This document shows, piece after piece, positions 26,775 through 29,797 of a stretch of DNA of 29,797 nucleotides. The notes beneath the pieces were generated by a model. It worked only from the letters and a program-made list of their open reading frames with translations. It had not been told where the DNA came from and did not search any database. The stretch comes from a virus. Its lineage: Duplodnaviria > Caudoviricetes. The stretch lies in IMG/VR virus record IMGVR_UViG_3300005512_000230, positions 1 to 29,797 of that record; one strand, given 5' to 3'. Within the stretch, counting starts at the first letter, position 1; every line of letters starts with the position of its first letter. The position numbers and the translations under genes are program-made.

Positions 26775-27185
26775 TTATTCAAGCCATTCTTCTGGTGGAC
26801 TAAAATCGGATACTGATTTTATGATTGATTTTGTCTCTTTTAGATTGTTAAAGTTAGGTAATATCTCTTTTGGTGGAGTTTTCGAAGTTTCTTCTTTTGA
26901 AGTTGTTTCTGTTGGAGTGAAAGCTTTTTCATGCAAGTCGAGAAAATCATCAAACGTTAATGCGGATGATTTTATTTCGAGAAGATGGCGGATTTCATCT
27001 AGATCTTGTTCAGTTATTAGGAGGTCTTTTTGCAAAGACATTTTTGATATATAGTCAATGTATATTAGTTTAACAATTTGGGCAACGCTTGATGGTTGAT
27101 AGTTTGGTTCGAGTGCTCGGATTATTTTGAGACCACGGGCCAATTGATATGGTGACAGTCTAAATGATATTTGTGGATTTGCCAT
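26775..27185 (-). CDS. Ribbon-helix-helix-like protein A with a disordered tail
   Basis: PQISFRLSPYQLARG...SVAQIVKLIY; likely start MANPQ at 27185 with AGGA RBS. Confidence 0.55.
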   Translation of the reverse strand: MANPQISFRLSPYQLARGLKIIRALEPNYQPSSVAQIVKLIYIDYISKMSLQKDLLITEQDLDEIRHLLEIKSSALTFDDFLDLHEKAFTPTETTSKEETSKTPPKEILPNFNNLKETKSIIKSVSDFSPPEEWLE

Positions 27186-27206
27186 TTTTGTATTCCTGTA
27201 ATGCGT

Positions 27207-27220
27207 GTTCATAAATGAAC
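27207..27220. promoter_or_regulatory. Palindromic site GTTCA-N4-TGAAC, copy 3 (upstream of the RHH-like pair)
   Basis: GTTCATAAATGAAC, about 20 bp upstream of the MANPQ start. Confidence 0.6.
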
Positions 27221-27253
27221 GTAACTTGATTGGTTTATAACTTGGCTGGTTGT

Positions 27254-27712
27254 TTACATGTTTTTAATCATGTCAGCAAGTGCTGCCTGTTTTTCAGGTG
27301 AGAGCTGTTTTAGCAGAGAGTTTATTAATGCTGTTTGTTTTGATATTGATTTGCCTGATTTTTGTTTTTTCTTTTTACCTGGCTGCTTTGGTGCTGCAGG
27401 TGTACTGACTTTCTTAGAGAAAAAATTAATGTGAGCTTCTTGCCTATCGAGAGCATGGTGCTTGTTTAATAGTTTTGTGTGAATAAGTGATGCTTCCTGA
27501 TATGCTTTGTATGCTTGTCTCAGGTTGGTGGTTGCTTGATTTAGAGAGGTTTTTTGTGATTGTTTCTCTTGTTTGAGCTCTTCCTGGATGCATGAGAGGC
27601 AAATGTTTTCATGGCGTAGAGATAATTCCATGTGATTTTTTGCTAGATGCATTGATACAAGAGATTTTTTTTCTTTATCGTACTCGGTATGACATTTTTC
27701 ACATATTTGCAT
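27254..27712 (-). CDS. Hypothetical protein (152 aa; N-terminal Zn motif, coiled coil, basic tail)
   Basis: CEKC...CLSC; AAGGAG RBS. Confidence 0.7.
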   Translation of the reverse strand: MQICEKCHTEYDKEKKSLVSMHLAKNHMELSLRHENICLSCIQEELKQEKQSQKTSLNQATTNLRQAYKAYQEASLIHTKLLNKHHALDRQEAHINFFSKKVSTPAAPKQPGKKKKQKSGKSISKQTALINSLLKQLSPEKQAALADMIKNM

Positions 27713-27723
27713 GGCTGGCTCCT

Positions 27724-27909
27724 TTACATTAATTCGATTAAGAAATCTGGCTCGAGGCCAAAGTGAGTTTCACAGATATTTTCTGCTTCATCGAACAAAT
27801 TTTGTGCGAGAAGTTCGTGTAATTCTTCTCGAGCATCGTCAATTAGTTCTTGTGCTTCTTCGGCTGAGATCTTATCACGGCGCATGAGTGTTAGTTTTAA
27901 TGAAAGCAT
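27724..27909 (-). CDS. Small acidic phage protein (61 aa)
   Basis: LMRRD.IS.EEA...FGLEPDF motif; AAGGAG RBS. Confidence 0.7.
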   Translation of the reverse strand: MLSLKLTLMRRDKISAEEAQELIDDAREELHELLAQNLFDEAENICETHFGLEPDFLIELM

Positions 27910-27922
27910 GATGGTAGCTCCT

Positions 27923-28270
27923 TTAGGCTGATTTGATTAGTTTGATTAGTGTTGCTATGAAATCGTTGGTGCTTGTTATTGATTTGTGCTGAATGGCTGT
28001 TTGAATGTTTGTTTGTAAGGTTGCTGATAGAGAGTCGTATTTAGTTTTGATCTTGGTTGGTAACATGCTAAGGTAGTAAAAAAAGACTTGTTGTTTCTTG
28101 ATGATGGTTAGATTTCTTGGGCGAGGTTTTCTTGTCTGGATGGCTGATTTGTAAGGATGATAAATGGCATGACAATATCTTGCTTGATTGAATTCTTGCA
28201 GGATGGCAATTGATTCTTGTTGGGCAAGATAAGTGTTTAATGACTGGTTGTTTACGCTGATTGCTTGCAT
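27923..28270 (-). CDS. Hypothetical protein (115 aa)
   Basis: AAGGAG RBS. Confidence 0.6.
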   Translation of the reverse strand: MQAISVNNQSLNTYLAQQESIAILQEFNQARYCHAIYHPYKSAIQTRKPRPRNLTIIKKQQVFFYYLSMLPTKIKTKYDSLSATLQTNIQTAIQHKSITSTNDFIATLIKLIKSA

Positions 28271-28315
28271 GGCTTATCTCCTTGAGTGGTTAGGTTGATT
28301 GATTAGTTTGGTTGG

Positions 28316-28579
28316 TTAACAATGAATGGTGATTGTTTGATTGTCTGATGATAGTGTGACTTGGTGAATTTGCTTATTTAGGATGAGGTATCCTTTTGAT
28401 GGCTGGTTGTTGCTTGTGTGCTTGCGCATGAGTGGGAAATCTATTTTACCGTGACCATTTCCTATGGGTGAGATTAGTTGAATGGTTGCATGACGATCGC
28501 TTGAGTAATGGATTATACGAAGCTCATTTTCACCATCGGTAAATTGGGTTGTTTGTGAATTGTATGGAATGTTTAGCAT
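28316..28579 (-). CDS. Hypothetical protein (87 aa)
   Basis: Likely start MLNIPY at 28579 with AAGGA upstream; the longer 192-aa call runs into low-complexity DNA. Confidence 0.55.
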   Translation of the reverse strand: MLNIPYNSQTTQFTDGENELRIIHYSSDRHATIQLISPIGNGHGKIDFPLMRKHTSNNQPSKGYLILNKQIHQVTLSSDNQTITIHC

Positions 28580-28878
28580 TGGATGAGGTTCCTTTGGTAG
28601 AGTGAATAAAGGGTAGTGTTTACGTGGTGTTGTGTTGTTATGATTGACCGTAACACGTTTGTCGTTTGGTGTAAAGGAAAAAATACGTTGTGCCGTATTT
28701 TTGTCCTGGTGGCCGTGGTTGCCGTGTGTATTATATAGTGGCATGGCTGGTGGTGACGTTGGTGGCGCTGTACGGCCCGTGGTTGCACGAAAATGGTTGT
28801 TGTGGGTGTTTGTACGGGTGACGGGTGAAAATGTGTTGTAGGGCCGATTTGAAGGGCTATGATTGAACATTATGACAG

Positions 28879-28958
28879 GTAAACGTGGTAACACCCCCTC
28901 CCTTCTTTATAATAAAAAAATTTTTAAATGGAGGGGTAAGGGGCGTTACCACGTTTAC
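28879..28958. repeat. 19-bp inverted repeat enclosing an AT-rich loop
   Basis: GTAAACGTGGTAACACCCC / GGGGCGTTACCACGTTTAC (18/19 match). Confidence 0.8.
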
Positions 28959-29191
28959 ATGAATGATTTTGCCATAACCCTGTGAAATCACACATCTTTT
29001 TGAAGCGCCTAACAAAATGGAGCATGGTATTAGTGTGTTAGGCAGCACATAACTATCTGTTTTCATTGCATTTTTACATGACCAAATATTTAGTGTTTTT
29101 TACGTGAACATCAAGACGGTGCTTTAAACAATTAGAGATGCTCTACAAGTTATCAGAGCAGGCAAGTTTTATGGTGAGGCTGATTTGTGGT

Positions 29192-29205
29192 GTTCATACG
29201 TGAAC
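29192..29205. promoter_or_regulatory. Palindromic site GTTCA-N4-TGAAC, copy 4
   Basis: TGTTCATACGTGAACA; a half-site TACGTGAACA also lies at 29101-29110. Confidence 0.6.
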
Positions 29206-29207
29206 AA

Positions 29208-29241
29208 CGAGAAAGGGGGCAAAGGAATGAACCCTTGCCCC
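29208..29241 (-). terminator. Probable intrinsic terminator after the 166-aa gene
   Basis: GGGGCAA/TTGCCCC stem followed on the - strand by CTTTCTCGTT. Confidence 0.55.
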
Positions 29242-29270
29242 GTAAAGGTGAGTGATTCAGCGATTGCTTG

Positions 29271-29771
29271 CTAGCTCAAGGTTGCAATAATGGCATCAAC
29301 TACCTGTTCACCGTATATGCCTACTGTCATATCTTTGATTGTCTCAAAATCCATTCCGGCGTCAGTGAGTTTTGCAATCATTGCGAGACAATCAGCAAAT
29401 CGAGCCTTGTCAAGATTGGCCTTTCCATTCTGATTTGGTCGTTTGGCTACTGACCATTCGTGCTTGTCAACATTGGCCTGACCATATTCAGGTGTCCAGG
29501 TATCTTCCTTTTTACATGCTTTGAATTTGGCTCGGATGTCGATGAGGCCGGATTGAATGCCCATCTGAAGGAGAGGAAAAGTGTAATCATTCTCCTCGGC
29601 CCACTGGATTAAATCTTCTTGGGATTCAAAAATTTTATCGCTTGGAAACAATGCTGGTGGTAACGTGTGTTCCACTAAAATGGTTTTTCCGTTTTCATCC
29701 TTGCCCATTGCTGGTACGGAAGTCTCGGTCGTTCGTGTTGCGAGTGTTTCATAAATTGATTGAGTAGCCAT
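29271..29771 (-). CDS. Hypothetical early protein (166 aa)
   Basis: TAAGGAG RBS; downstream hairpin. Confidence 0.8.
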   Translation of the reverse strand: MATQSIYETLATRTTETSVPAMGKDENGKTILVEHTLPPALFPSDKIFESQEDLIQWAEENDYTFPLLQMGIQSGLIDIRAKFKACKKEDTWTPEYGQANVDKHEWSVAKRPNQNGKANLDKARFADCLAMIAKLTDAGMDFETIKDMTVGIYGEQVVDAIIATLS

Positions 29772-29797
29772 GATTTATTCTCCTTAGAAAAGTTTTG

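Noticed and set aside
7147-28841. Short + strand ORFs opposite the - strand arm (e.g. 7147, 8228, 11306, 13101, 18919, 22523, 22569, 26767, 28644)
   Set aside because: They overlap well-supported - strand genes or low-complexity DNA and have no recognisable features.
28580-28894. N-terminal extension of the 192-aa ORF
   Set aside because: The Thr/Pro/His/Asn-rich translation reflects C/A skew; a better RBS and start lie at 28579.
7815-29205. Palindrome as a host LexA/SOS box
   Set aside because: Order and spacing (GTTC-N6-GAAC) differ from the GAAC-N4-GTTC and GTTC-N7-GTTC boxes I know; an unknown host regulator is not excluded.
1-29797. Stop-codon reassignment, introns/inteins, tRNA genes
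   Set aside because: Core genes are full length in the standard code, with no obvious insertions, and no cloverleaf or T-loop signature was recognised by eye.

Overview
AT-rich fragment of a tailed dsDNA bacteriophage (or prophage) genome, probably podovirus-like; host and taxonomy cannot be determined from the sequence. The + strand (1-4774) carries the 3' part of a giant polyvalent, probably virion-injected protein. It has an HExxH metallopeptidase motif at the window edge, an EEIQSD domain, an ADP-ribosyltransferase-like domain and a long helical tail, and it ends at a convergent terminator. The rest (4823-29771) is a - strand early/replication arm. It encodes an SF1 helicase, a PD-(D/E)XK nuclease, an AAA_24/Sak4-like ATPase, a DUF669-like SSB, a MazG/Nmad1-like protein, an NAD-dependent ligase, a ParB-methyltransferase fusion, a UDG-like/family A polymerase fusion, a DUF3987-like helicase, a DEDDh exonuclease, a RepB-type primase, a HAD phosphatase, a ThyX-like protein and many small ORFs. 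Three things stand out: (i) a candidate nucleotide-modification pathway built around an atypical PolA (His at the 762-equivalent position, degenerate UDG domain); (ii) a GTTCA-N4-TGAAC palindrome seen four times outside the likely true coding sequences, once directly upstream of a tandem ribbon-helix-helix-like gene pair; (iii) a multi-hairpin/pseudoknot RNA-like element after the SSB gene. All family calls come from motif recognition by eye, not database searches.
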